Shown: piece after piece, positions 1 through 8,700 of the stretch | Numbering within the stretch: position 1 is the stretch's first letter | Layout of the letters: every line of letters begins with the position of its first letter | DNA from: Candidatus Woesearchaeota archaeon | GTDB taxonomy: Archaea; Nanobdellota; Nanobdellia; Woesearchaeales; SM23-78 | Direction: 5' to 3' | Assembly: GCA_016930415.1 (NCBI GenBank) | Contig: JAFGGS010000016.1 | Location: 149,340-213,339 of the forward strand | DNA length: 64,000 nucleotides | The notes under the pieces: generated by a model | Databases searched by the model: none | Told to the model about the DNA's origin: nothing | The model's input: only the letters and a program-made list of their open reading frames with translations | Made by a program: the position numbers and the translations under genes

Positions 1-182
1 AAGGGCCTGATGACCCTTCCGCTGCAAGTCTCAAGGAAGACCTGGTCTACACCCTCATTGTAGTACATGCTCACGCTTGAGGGAAGCTTGTTGCCCCTCC
101 TCTGAGCCAGGAGCGAGGAGACGAACTCCTTGCCGTTGGTCACTTTTCCGACGTACTTGTTGTTTAGGAATACTTCAGTCAT
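1..182 (-). CDS. rpo2C: DNA-directed RNA polymerase subunit B' (Rpo2C), N-terminal fragment; continues past the window start
   Basis: Minus-strand ATG (complement of 180-182) opens a frame reading MTEVFLNNKYVGKVTNGKEFVSSLLAQRRGNKLPSSVSMYYNEGVDQVFLETCSGRVIRP. It lies 12 nt downstream of the B'' stop, matching the archaeal rpoH-B''-B' operon order. Confidence 0.65.
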   Translation of the reverse strand, partial: MTEVFLNNKYVGKVTNGKEFVSSLLAQRRGNKLPSSVSMYYNEGVDQVFLETCSGRVIRP

Positions 183-194
183 GATAATCCACCT

Positions 195-1706
195 CTACTT
201 CTTCTTAGCAGACGACGCTGCCCTCTCGATCTCAAGCCCTGCCTTTACCAGAACAGGCAGCAGGTCTGCTTCAGGCACTTCCTGGCTGATGTTTGCCAGG
301 AGCGCCAAGTTCTTCCTCAGACCGATGTTGCTTCCTTCAGGAGTCTCGCTCGTGCAAAGCCTGCCCATGTGAGTAGGGTGAAGGCTTCGCGCCTCGAAAT
401 TCTCCTGACTGCTGGACAAGGGACTCACGACCCTCTGGAGGTGAGACATCGTCTGGAGGAAGTTAAGCCTCTCTATCCTCTGGCTCACTCCCTTCCTTGA
501 ACCGACCCAGTTGCCGGTCGCCATGCTGCTGTAGATCCTCTGAGTGAGGAGCTTCTCCCTGATTATCACCTTGATGCTTGGGAACTTCCCTCTCTTCACG
601 ATCCTCTGGAAGTTGTAGAGCAAGTCACCGATGAGGACTTTCAGGTTGACCCGAACCAGGTCTCCCATGAGGTCGCCGCTCATCTTAAGCCTCTTGTTCA
701 TGTAGTGGTCCTTGTCGTCCTCTCCCTCGGCTCTCATGACCAGTATCATCTTCTTGAGCATCTTGCAGAGATTATAGCCCTTTATGACGCGGTCCTCCTT
801 TGTAAGGCCGATGTGCGGCAACAAGTACTTGTCCAGGATCTCCTGCATCCTCTCGATCCTTATCTCCCTCGCCTGAGTGATGCCTATCTTCTTCGCCACG
901 TAGTCGATCGCATCATCTGAGTTCTTGATGTCCACGAACTCGTAGAGGTTGATCAATACCTCTGCGTTGTCCTCAAGACCCACAGCTCTCATGATCTCCT
1001 CGTCCTTGACAAGGCCGAGAGCCTTTATTATAGGGATCAAAGGTATCCTCTTCACCCTTGTGAAGGTTATGTAGAATAAACCGTCCTTGAGCTTCTCGAA
1101 CTGGTGAGGGATCTTGTAAGAGCCCCTCTCTGAGAAGATCTTGCCGACGTACTCGCTAACGCCTGTCTTCTCCTTCTCTATCAGGAACCTGTTGGATGCG
1201 AGGTCCTCGATGTTCACGACTGCCTTTTCAGTGCCGTTGATTATGAAATACCCTCCGGGGTCGTCAGGATCCTCGTTGTACTTGATGAGCTCGTCCCTTG
1301 AAAGCCCGCTTAAGTGGCAGTACTTTGACTTGAGCATGATGGGGATGTTCGCGATCTGGGTTATGAACTCCTCTCGCTGGACGCCGTTTATGTGGGCGCT
1401 TATCTTAAGGAACATGGGCGCGCTGTAGCTAAGCTTCCTAAGCCTTGCCTCGACAGGATACACGCTCCTCTTAGACCCGTCTGCCTCGGTAATCTCTGGC
1501 TTAGTCACCCAGACATCATCAAGCCTGATAGTGAAAGAATCCACGTTAGGAGGGATTATCGTAGGCTCTATCTCCTTGTTCTCTTCTATGATCTGCTTTA
1601 GCTCCACATCGATGAACTTGTTGAAAGACTCGATGTTAGCCTTGACGATGCTATTGTCCTCGAAATACTTCTTCAAAAGCGTGTACGATCTCTTCATCAT
1701 GGCCAC
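195..1706 (-). CDS. rpo2N: DNA-directed RNA polymerase subunit B'' (Rpo2N, N-terminal half of split subunit B)
   Basis: 503-aa ORF with the beta-subunit signature GGYFIINGTEKAVV and other conserved blocks (HYMNKRLKMSGDLMGDL, TGNWVGSRKGVSQ). It ends where the B' fragment begins, so subunit B is split. Confidence 0.9.
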   Translation of the reverse strand: MAMMKRSYTLLKKYFEDNSIVKANIESFNKFIDVELKQIIEENKEIEPTIIPPNVDSFTIRLDDVWVTKPEITEADGSKRSVYPVEARLRKLSYSAPMFLKISAHINGVQREEFITQIANIPIMLKSKYCHLSGLSRDELIKYNEDPDDPGGYFIINGTEKAVVNIEDLASNRFLIEKEKTGVSEYVGKIFSERGSYKIPHQFEKLKDGLFYITFTRVKRIPLIPIIKALGLVKDEEIMRAVGLEDNAEVLINLYEFVDIKNSDDAIDYVAKKIGITQAREIRIERMQEILDKYLLPHIGLTKEDRVIKGYNLCKMLKKMILVMRAEGEDDKDHYMNKRLKMSGDLMGDLVRVNLKVLIGDLLYNFQRIVKRGKFPSIKVIIREKLLTQRIYSSMATGNWVGSRKGVSQRIERLNFLQTMSHLQRVVSPLSSSQENFEARSLHPTHMGRLCTSETPEGSNIGLRKNLALLANISQEVPEADLLPVLVKAGLEIERAASSAKKK

Positions 1707-1712
1707 CTTCCT

Positions 1713-1961
1713 TCACTCCTTGATAACGCCGCGGTAGAATACTGATTCACCGGCGGTCCTGCTATTCCTCTTGATCCTGATAACATCACCCTCTTTAGCG
1801 CCGAGATGCGCGATTGCAGGGTCAGATATGAATATCTTAGGTATCTCCCTCAAGGTGATGTTGTACTTGGCATAAAGAGCCTTTTTGTCCTTGTCAGAAA
1901 GCTTTGTGTGCTCAGGAACGAGCTCGTGAGCGATCAAATCAGATTTTTTCTCCGCCATCAT
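1713..1961 (-). CDS. rpoH: DNA-directed RNA polymerase subunit H (Rpo5)
   Basis: 82 aa; HELVPEHTKLSDKDKKALYAKYNITLREIPKIFISDPAIAHLGAKEGDVIRIKRNSRTAGESVFYRGV matches the RpoH/Rpb5 C-domain pattern. Immediately upstream of B''. Confidence 0.85.
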   Translation of the reverse strand: MMAEKKSDLIAHELVPEHTKLSDKDKKALYAKYNITLREIPKIFISDPAIAHLGAKEGDVIRIKRNSRTAGESVFYRGVIKE

Positions 1962-2033
1962 GCATTCCCCCTCTTCCGAAGTGCTTAAACATTATCCGAA
2001 AAAGTTTTTCCCTTGAAAAAAACAATTACTTCA

Positions 2034-2146
2034 TGAGCCGGACGAGATTTGAACTCGCGACCACTGCATTGCTTTCAGCGCTGCTTTTGCAAGCCTGTGC
2101 GCCTCGTTAAAAGTGCAGTGCTCTATCCAGGCTGAGCTACCGGCCC
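2034..2146 (-). tRNA. tRNA-Lys (anticodon UUU) with an approximately 38-nt intron at the canonical 37/38 position
   Basis: Reverse complement gives acceptor GGGCCGG/CCGGCTC, D arm GCTC-AGCCTGGATA-GAGC, anticodon stem CTGCA/TGCAG with loop CTTTTAA, T arm GCGAG-TTCAAAT-CTCGT and discriminator A. The intron sits after position 37. No encoded CCA. Confidence 0.7.
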
Positions 2147-2184
2147 GTCTTAGTATGTGTCGACCAATCTCGTCGGCCGAAATG

Positions 2185-2198
2185 ACCGCCCTGGCCGG
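2185..2198. repeat. 14-nt direct duplicate (accgccctggccgg) of the tRNA-Asp 3' acceptor/T-arm end (copy 2 at 2252-2265)
   Basis: Exact 14-mer occurs twice, 67 nt apart. One copy is inside the tRNA-Asp 3' end and the other lies just 3' of the tRNA in its own sense. Confidence 0.5.
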
Positions 2199-2253
2199 AC
2201 AATCAGAAACGTATTCGTTTCTGGGCCCGTCCATTGGGCGTCGCTTTGCTTAC

Positions 2254-2326
2254 CGCCCTGGCCGGGAGTCGAACCCGGGTCGAAGCCTCGACAGGGCTTC
2301 ATGATAGGCCACTACACTACCAGGGC
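2254..2326 (-). tRNA. tRNA-Asp (anticodon GUC)
   Basis: Reverse complement gives GCCCTGG acceptor, anticodon stem AAGCC/GGCTT with loop CTGTCGA, T arm CCGGG-TTCGACT-CCCGG, acceptor 3' CCAGGGC and discriminator G. 73 nt. Confidence 0.8.
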
Positions 2327-2565
2327 AAGGATCATGTTTTGTCGCCGATGATTCATTGCAGAGTGCTGTGGCTCAAGCGCGTTCCAGTCATACTTTCAGA
2401 ACCGTTCTCTCACAAACATTTTACCCTGCTCACGACGAAATTTTGTAGTCATTATCCTTGGATCCAAGCTTATCACTCTCCAGAAATTTGGCCCCTTTAT
2501 AAAGCTTGCGGAAATCATGGGTTTTTGAGCCTGAAAAATGGGCTTTCCGGCCATTTTAAAGAGGG

Positions 2566-3075
2566 TTAGCTGCAGTAGAAGGGATCGTCTGCCCGCACGA
2601 CTATCTCGCGAGGATTCTTCTTCTCAGGAACAGACGCGAACAGGCTCCTCCTGGCAGGCTCAGGATTCTTATCCTGCAACGAAGCCTTCTTCTCAGGGCC
2701 TTGCTTCACGCCAGAGACATCCCTGACCTCGTTGAACTCGAACACCTTGGCCGAGCTCAGATTGCCGCAGTCGATGCAGGTATAGAAAACCCCGAACTTG
2801 CCCTTCTTCATCTCAAGATACGAGCCGCAAACGCACTTCATCTCAGGAAGGACCGCTGACTTGTGAGAAGTGCAAACAGGCACTCCCTGCTCGCTAGTCG
2901 CAGTCGCCTGGCGACCACAGAAAGGGCAAGGATCACGCCTCGATTCACCGTATCGCTTTGGCATTCTCATCTGCAAGCTTTCCTGGGAATCAGGATGTTT
3001 AAAAGCATTTGTGTCTTGGAAAGCATCATTCGATGAGGGAATCTCGAATAAAGTCTCTTCAATGACCCGTGGCAC
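2566..3075 (-). CDS. Small zinc-ribbon protein with a topoisomerase-type C4 zinc finger
   Basis: 169 aa with two Cys4 clusters: CPFCGR...CTSH and CVCGSYLEMKKGKFGVFYTCIDC. The second has the spacing and GxFxxC signature of the topoisomerase I C-terminal Zn ribbon. Confidence 0.55.
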   Translation of the reverse strand: MPRVIEETLFEIPSSNDAFQDTNAFKHPDSQESLQMRMPKRYGESRRDPCPFCGRQATATSEQGVPVCTSHKSAVLPEMKCVCGSYLEMKKGKFGVFYTCIDCGNLSSAKVFEFNEVRDVSGVKQGPEKKASLQDKNPEPARRSLFASVPEKKNPREIVVRADDPFYCS

Positions 3076-3142
3076 AATAATTATTTATATGAGCGTTGCG
3101 TAACCAGCGCATGGGGTTTGTTAAGGAGATCGTTCTTGATAG

Positions 3143-3439
3143 AGGAAGAAGCCCTATAGAACTGAAGGCGGAGACGTGGACACTTGCTTCAACTACGCAG
3201 GAAAAGTCGGAAACCTGAATGAGGAACCGCTCGAGAGAATTTGGCGCTCTGAGAAGAGAATGATCGCCGCAAGACGGGTGTGCAGCCAGGAGTTCGAGTT
3301 CTGCAGCCGTTGCCTGAGCCATCATGAGAACAACTCCTTCGCAGCGCTCTACAGGAACCTCAGAGAGTCCAGGTTGACCAAGAGTTACAGAGGATATGAT
3401 GAGGTAGAGAAGCGCGTGAGGGAGAGAAGGGCCGGGTGA
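3143..3439 (+). pseudogene. C-terminal remnant of a radical SAM SPASM-domain protein; truncated, with no radical SAM core upstream
   Basis: The frame is open from the stop at 3140 and reads ...TEGGDVDTCFNYAGKVGNLNEEPLERIWRSEK...CSQEFEFCSRCLSHH. This is the typical SPASM C-terminal signature (Cys, then GNL, then a W). A different frame (3111-3218) carries a short overlapping ORF, consistent with gene decay. Confidence 0.35.
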
Positions 3440-3478
3440 CTAGGGCAGCAATAACGGTCAGGGGCCTGCGAACAAAAG

Positions 3479-3488
3479 CTTTATAAAC
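3479..3488 (+). promoter_or_regulatory. Archaeal TATA box (TTTATAAACC) for leaderless rpoL
   Basis: TATA-like element about 27 nt upstream of the rpoL ATG at 3515. Confidence 0.45.
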
Positions 3489-3514
3489 CACTTGTTTGTC
3501 CAATAGGCTTGAAG

Positions 3515-3790
3515 ATGGAAATCAAAGTCATCGAACAATCGAAAAGGAAGCTCGTCTTCGAGCTGGTAGGCACAGACCACACTTTCTGCAACGCGCTCAA
3601 GGAGGAGCTCAACAAGAACGACTCAGTCAAGGTCGCGACTTACACTATCGCGCACCCGCTGGTCAGGGTCCCTAAGTTCATCGTCGAGACCAAGACCGAC
3701 AAGGAGCCAGTCGAGGTCTTGAAGGCCGCTGCCAAGAAGCTTGGCAAGATCAACGAGGAGTTCGTCTCACTCTTCAAGAAGGCCAAGTAA
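3515..3790 (+). CDS. rpoL: DNA-directed RNA polymerase subunit L (Rpo11)
   Basis: MEIKVIEQSKRKLVFELVGTDHTFCNALKEEL...VATYTIAHPLV matches the RpoL/Rpb11 pattern (FELxGEDHTLxN, HPL). An alternative start is at 3509. Confidence 0.8.
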   Translation: MEIKVIEQSKRKLVFELVGTDHTFCNALKEELNKNDSVKVATYTIAHPLVRVPKFIVETKTDKEPVEVLKAAAKKLGKINEEFVSLFKKAK

Positions 3791-3794
3791 GAAT

Positions 3795-3808
3795 TCTTCT
3801 TTTTTTTT
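3795..3808 (+). terminator. Oligo-T tract (TTCTTCTTTTTTTTT) after rpoL; archaeal-type terminator
   Basis: Pyrimidine/T run immediately after the rpoL stop. Confidence 0.4.
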
Positions 3809-3848
3809 GGAAAAATATTAATATCCTGATATATTGTTAGATTATATT

Positions 3849-4409
3849 ATGAAGGTTGAGGACAAGAAGACGTTGCTGGCGCTTGCGAGAGATTCTATAT
3901 ATACATATTTTCAGGGCAAGAAGCCCGAACTTTCATCTGTCAAGAGGTTCTCTGAGAAGCAAGGGGTTTTTGTCACGCTCCACGACAAGCATGGAAGGCT
4001 TAGGGGCTGCATTGGTTTTCCGATAGCGTCTCACCCGCTCTACGTCGGAGTGGTCGAGGCTGCTCGTAGCGCCGCATTCCATGACCCAAGATTCCCGCCT
4101 CTTCGCGAGGATGAATTCGGGGAGACAGTCATCGAGATATCTGTCTTGACCATTCCTAAGCTGATTGAGATCAGTCATTATTCTGATTATCTTAAGAAGA
4201 TAATAATAGGGGTTGATGGCCTGATACTTGAAGGGCCATTTGGTTCAGGGCTCTTGCTGCCGCAAGTAGCGACTGAGAATGATTTCAACATCCAAAGGTT
4301 CCTCAACTGCTTATCGCAAAAAGCAGGGCTTGGTTTCAACGCGTGGAAGGATAAGGAGAACAGGATCTACAGCTTCCAGGCAGACGTCTTCTCAGAGAAG
4401 GAAGAATGA
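3849..4409 (+). CDS. AMMECR1-domain protein
   Basis: GVFVTLHDKHGRLRGCIGFPIASHPLYVGVVEAARSAAFHDPRFPPLREDE matches the conserved AMMECR1 core (RGCIG, DPRF). TATA-like TATTAATA sits 26 nt upstream of the ATG at 3849; the ORF-track start at 3834 is less likely. Confidence 0.8.
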   Translation: MKVEDKKTLLALARDSIYTYFQGKKPELSSVKRFSEKQGVFVTLHDKHGRLRGCIGFPIASHPLYVGVVEAARSAAFHDPRFPPLREDEFGETVIEISVLTIPKLIEISHYSDYLKKIIIGVDGLILEGPFGSGLLLPQVATENDFNIQRFLNCLSQKAGLGFNAWKDKENRIYSFQADVFSEKEE

Positions 4410-4460
4410 GCATAGGCGAGCATCAATCCATGGCGATAAGCCTTGCAGTAGAAGATGATT

Positions 4461-5165
4461 TCACTTCCCGAAGTTCCTTATCCTCTCAGAATACTCTTTC
4501 AGGCAGGCCTCGAGGTCTTCCCTATTGAACTCAGGCCAATGCTTCTCTTCCAGGAAGATTATCTCTGAATACACTGATTGCCAGGGGAGTAGGCCTGACA
4601 TGCAGGCGTGGCCTGTTCGTATGATCAGGTCCGGCTCTGACTGGAGGTATAATCTGCTCATGATCGTGTCCCCGGTAATCTTGTCAGAGGAGAGCTTGCC
4701 CTCAGATGCGTCCCTCGCTATGCTCCTGACAGCTTGGAGCAGCTCCTCCCTTCCGCCGTAGGCTATGAGCAGGTTGAGCTTGTATTCGTGGCTTCCCATC
4801 GTGGCCTTCTCAGCCTCTGCAAAGCGCTCCTGAAGCCACTTCGGGAGCATGTGGAGGGCTCCGCAGAACTTGACGCTTGCCCTGTCAGGATGGTTCTCGG
4901 CAGAGCGCTTCATCACCTCGTCGCAGAGCTCTCCGAAAAGCTTGAATAGGAACTCCAGCTCCAGTTTGTCGCGCTTCAGGTTCTCTGTGCTGGCGCCCCA
5001 GAAAGTGACTTCCTTTATGCCAAGCTCCTTGCACCACTTCAAGACCTCGCGGAAGGTGTCTGCGCCGGCCCGGTGCCCCTCAGAGGGGTGCTTTCCATGC
5101 TTCCTTGCGAATCTCCTGTTGCCGTCAGGCACGAAGACGACGTGCTTGGGGACGTTATCTGCCAT
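4461..5165 (-). CDS. uppS: Cis-prenyltransferase (undecaprenyl/dolichyl diphosphate synthase, UppS family)
   Basis: HVVFVPDGNRRFARKHG...GHRAGADTFREVLKWCKELGIKEVTFWGASTENLKR carries the UppS signature (DGNRRxA, FSxEN). Confidence 0.85.
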   Translation of the reverse strand: MADNVPKHVVFVPDGNRRFARKHGKHPSEGHRAGADTFREVLKWCKELGIKEVTFWGASTENLKRDKLELEFLFKLFGELCDEVMKRSAENHPDRASVKFCGALHMLPKWLQERFAEAEKATMGSHEYKLNLLIAYGGREELLQAVRSIARDASEGKLSSDKITGDTIMSRLYLQSEPDLIIRTGHACMSGLLPWQSVYSEIIFLEEKHWPEFNREDLEACLKEYSERIRNFGK

Positions 5166-5192
5166 ATGGATAGGGTAATCTTCCGACGATGT

Positions 5193-5200
5193 TTATAAAG
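5193..5200 (-). promoter_or_regulatory. TATA box (TTTATAAA) about 28 nt upstream of leaderless uppS
   Basis: Palindromic TATA element in the divergent uppS/regulator intergenic region. Confidence 0.4.
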
Positions 5201-5246
5201 GTTATGAAAGGAGAGAATCATCGTTGCAAAGGGTTTTTAGCAAAAA

Positions 5247-5255
5247 TTTTATAAT
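5247..5255 (+). promoter_or_regulatory. TATA box (TTTTATAAT) 26 nt upstream of the ATG at 5281
   Basis: Supports 5281 rather than 5224 as the start of the winged-helix gene. Confidence 0.4.
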
Positions 5256-5280
5256 CTTGAGAAGGCTAACGGGATCTAGG

Positions 5281-5682
5281 ATGAGGTATACCAGGATAAC
5301 AGTCATCGTAGGGGCGAAGCCTGAGAGGACTGACATCAACCACGAGATCCAATGGTTCGCAGGATCCCTAGGCCTCTTTGGCCTTCGAGACAAGGACAAG
5401 AGTTGCTTTAGGATATTCATAGCGCTGTTGCAGTCGCTAAAGACAGGCGAGAGATTATCATCTGACGAGATAGCCTTCAGGACAAAGCTCGCCCGCGGGA
5501 CAGTAGTGCATCATCTAAACAACCTCATGGACTCAGGCATCGTACGGGTGGAGAGGAACAAGTACTTCCTAAGGATGGATTCTCTCCAGGAGATGGTCGA
5601 CTACCTGAAACGGGACGCAGACGACGCGTGGACCAGGATAAAGGACGTCGCGAGGGACATCGACAAGAAGCTAGGACTGTAA
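5281..5682 (+). CDS. Putative winged-helix transcriptional regulator
   Basis: 133 aa from MRYTRITVIV. Helix-turn-helix-like segment SSDEIAFRTKLARGTVVHHLNNLMDSGIVRVER. Divergent from uppS. Confidence 0.55.
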   Translation: MRYTRITVIVGAKPERTDINHEIQWFAGSLGLFGLRDKDKSCFRIFIALLQSLKTGERLSSDEIAFRTKLARGTVVHHLNNLMDSGIVRVERNKYFLRMDSLQEMVDYLKRDADDAWTRIKDVARDIDKKLGL

Positions 5683-5735
5683 GAGCATCTTCTATATAAA
5701 GAGATATAAAACTAAAAAAAGTTTAGAGCAATACT

Positions 5736-8700
5736 CTAGTCCTTCTTCTCGTGATGCTCGTGACCATGGCTCTCGTGATGAGAGTGATGCTCATGATGGC
5801 GGTGATCCGCGTGATGCACCTCACGTACTGCATCCTCGCCGCGAGCAGGCTGCTCCTCATGGCCTGGAAGAGATGATTCCTGGCGCTCTTCTCTGCCCTT
5901 CCTCATGAACAACCAGAACAGCACGCCGACAAGCAGGACTACAGCGACTATGCCTCCCCAGATCAGCTTGAGATCCAAGCCGCTGCCGTTCTCCCAAGCA
6001 GCCTCCTCAGGTGCTCCTTCTGGCGAAGCTTGTGCCTCAGCAGCGCCCTCATCAGCTGTGAGGTCGACGGTCTCGACACTCATTGACCTGTTCTCCTGGA
6101 TCGGTTCAGCAACCGGCTCAGGCAAAGGCTTTGCGCTTATCGCGAAGTAGCTGAATCCAGGGGAACTAGCCTCGAAAGTGACGCTCTCAGAATCCTCTGA
6201 GAACTCATCCGTCGAAAGAGCCTTCCAGGAACCTCCAACCAATCTCTTCAGCACCACGCTCTCACGGTCTAGCTTGAGAGTGCTTATCCAGCTTTTCAAG
6301 ACCTTGAACCTCATCTTGACATCATCAGATATTATGCTGTCGTCGAAGTTGGTCTTGGTTATCTGGAGGTACTGGTAGACGCTGCCGCCTGCCTCTTCAA
6401 GGCCTTCAGGTTTCTCATCATATGCCTGCACGCTCATGCTGGCGCTGAAAGCGGATGATGACAGCTTGAACTCAATGCGCGTCAAGGCAATGTTCTGATT
6501 GGAGATCGGGAACTGCTGGTCTGTTCCTGGGGGGATAGAGGTCCACATCCTCATGACCTGGGCAGCTGACGTGGTTTGCGAAGAGGGAGCACCGCCGCCA
6601 CCGCCGCCACCGCCTCCCACGGTCGCGGTCGCCACGCTGAAACTGATCGTGGAAGATGAATTCATCGAGTGATTGTATTCATCAGTGCACCTCACGTAGT
6701 ACGTATAAGACGATCCTGACGACACGCTCTTGGACGCAGTGTGCGAGGTCGCATTGCCTGTGAAGCTGTACGTCATGTTCTCATAAGCTATGTCTGCCGT
6801 GTCATACTTGCACGTGGCATTCTCATCAGTCGTGGCCGACAAGGTCACTGAAGTGGTGCTGCTTGACTGGCTGCCTGACGGGCTGGTCGCGGTCACATTA
6901 GGCGCAGACGTGTCGATCACAGGATAAACCGTGCTCGACCGCACGTTATTGTAAGAGTCGTTAGCGTAGGCGATCAGTGTCTTAGAGCCATCGCTCGTGA
7001 AGGTAGTCGTGGTTGCGCCCGCGTAAGTCTCGTTCTGCCCGGATGCATTCATGAACCAGACAGTGTTGTTGCCGGTCGCGTTTATGGATACGTTCAAAGT
7101 CCTGTTGAGGTAGACTATGCTCTCAGGCAGGGTGAAATTCACTGAGAGGGCGCTGTTTAGGACCGTGAAGGCAATGTATCCCAGGTCATCATAGCTTGTG
7201 AGCTGGACAGAGCTATCATTGTAGAGCGTCGCAGTGACAACAGCAAGGTATGCGCCCTCTGTCGTGTTGATGAACGTCAATTTCACTATCTGGCTCTCGT
7301 TCTCTGACAGGTTGACCTGGGACTCGTTTAGCGAGCCGTAGTTCACACTTAGGTTGAAGACGCGAGTCTCGTTCTCCCGGTTCGTCAGGTTGAGAGTCAC
7401 GTTCATGCTCACGCCAGGGCTCGCGGTCTGGTTCACGATCGACAGGTTGGCAAAGCTCAGGTTGTAGGTCGTCGAGGCGATCGTGTAAGTCGAGAACCCA
7501 AGCGAAGTCGGAATGGTCCACTTGTCTGTAGACGCATTATAGTCGGCCTGCGCAGACACGTCTATGCAATTTGACAGGTTGCTCTCCTCGCACTTCTCAA
7601 GCTTGGCTCCAGGAACCATTCCAGGGATCTTTATTGTCACGGACTCGACTCCCAGGTTCTGAGCCATGTCAAGCCATTTCTGGTTCTGGATGCCTACGTA
7701 AGTCTTGCCTGAAGAGTTCGTGACGTTCAAGGCAGTCGAGATGTTGAAGGTCACGGCTTTCGCCAAGTCTATCCCCTCGAACTCTATCTCCCAATCGGCT
7801 TCGGGATTGTCGAACTTGAGCTTGGCATCCTTCAGGTAGGCGGTGTTCTGAGTGAAGCCAGAAGAGATGTTTAGGTATTCAGACCCGTTGAATATCTTTA
7901 TCATGGTAGTGTTCACCATCGGGTTTGGAGGCGGTACGAAGTCGAACTTGAAGTTGAACTGCTGGGGCGTGGCCTGGGTCGTGAAGTTAAGGCATGCGCT
8001 CGTACCGCAATTGCCTGCCTGGTCGCAGAGCTTGAGCTTGTAGAAGTAAGTCGTGCTCAAAGACAAGGATACCTGCGAGGAGTTGGCGTCGTTGTCGCCG
8101 TTCCTTATCCCAAAGTCGTGCCAGGGCCTGTAGTCATCGAACGGGTTGCTTGGCATGCCAACGTCTATGAAGGTGTGTCTCGCACTGTTGTTTGAGCAGC
8201 TCGAATGCAGGGTTATCGTGAGGTTCGTCGGCTCGTTCGCGGTCATGTGGATGAATGCGAAGTCATGGAAAGCCTCTGCCTTGACAGAGAAGACTGTCGG
8301 CGCGGTCTTGTCCTGTGAGATGTTGAAAGCGCCTGCTTGTCCTGTGCACCAGGGGGCCATCAGGCAGTCAGGGTCCTGGCAGTCAGTAAGGCCGTCAAGG
8401 TCTTCATCGCCGCTTCCTATGAAGCAATCCTCGAAGGGCATGAACTTTCCGCCGCCGATTATCCCGAAAGCGGTTCCGCAGGCCATGGGGTTCTCAAAGC
8501 AGTCTTTCGGCTTGAAATCCACTGCTCCAGGAGTATAGTACACTCCTCCGTTGCCTGGCCCAAGCAACGTGTCGTTGGCCCTGTTTCCTGCAGTGTTGTT
8601 GTCGGCAGAGGCGACCATCAACCTTATGTTGCCTTTGGGGTTTCCTATGTCTGTCTTGTCTATGGCCACGATGGCTACGTCTTCCATGCAGGACACTTTC

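Noticed and set aside
2340-2565. Possible ncRNA between tRNA-Asp and the Zn-ribbon gene (contains palindromic TATA-like CTTTATAAAG at 2496-2505)
   Set aside because: I could not fold or recognise any conserved RNA (SRP RNA, RNase P RNA, snoRNA) signature by eye. Left uncalled; a covariance-model scan would decide.
6590-6620. GC-rich short repeats (ccgccgccaccgcc...) at several sites (also about 27670-27697, 32735-32760, 50548-50580, 14446-14466)
   Set aside because: These are simply the Gly-codon runs encoding the poly-Gly linkers of the surface proteins. They are not CRISPR or regulatory repeats and are described under the anchoring-cassette finding.
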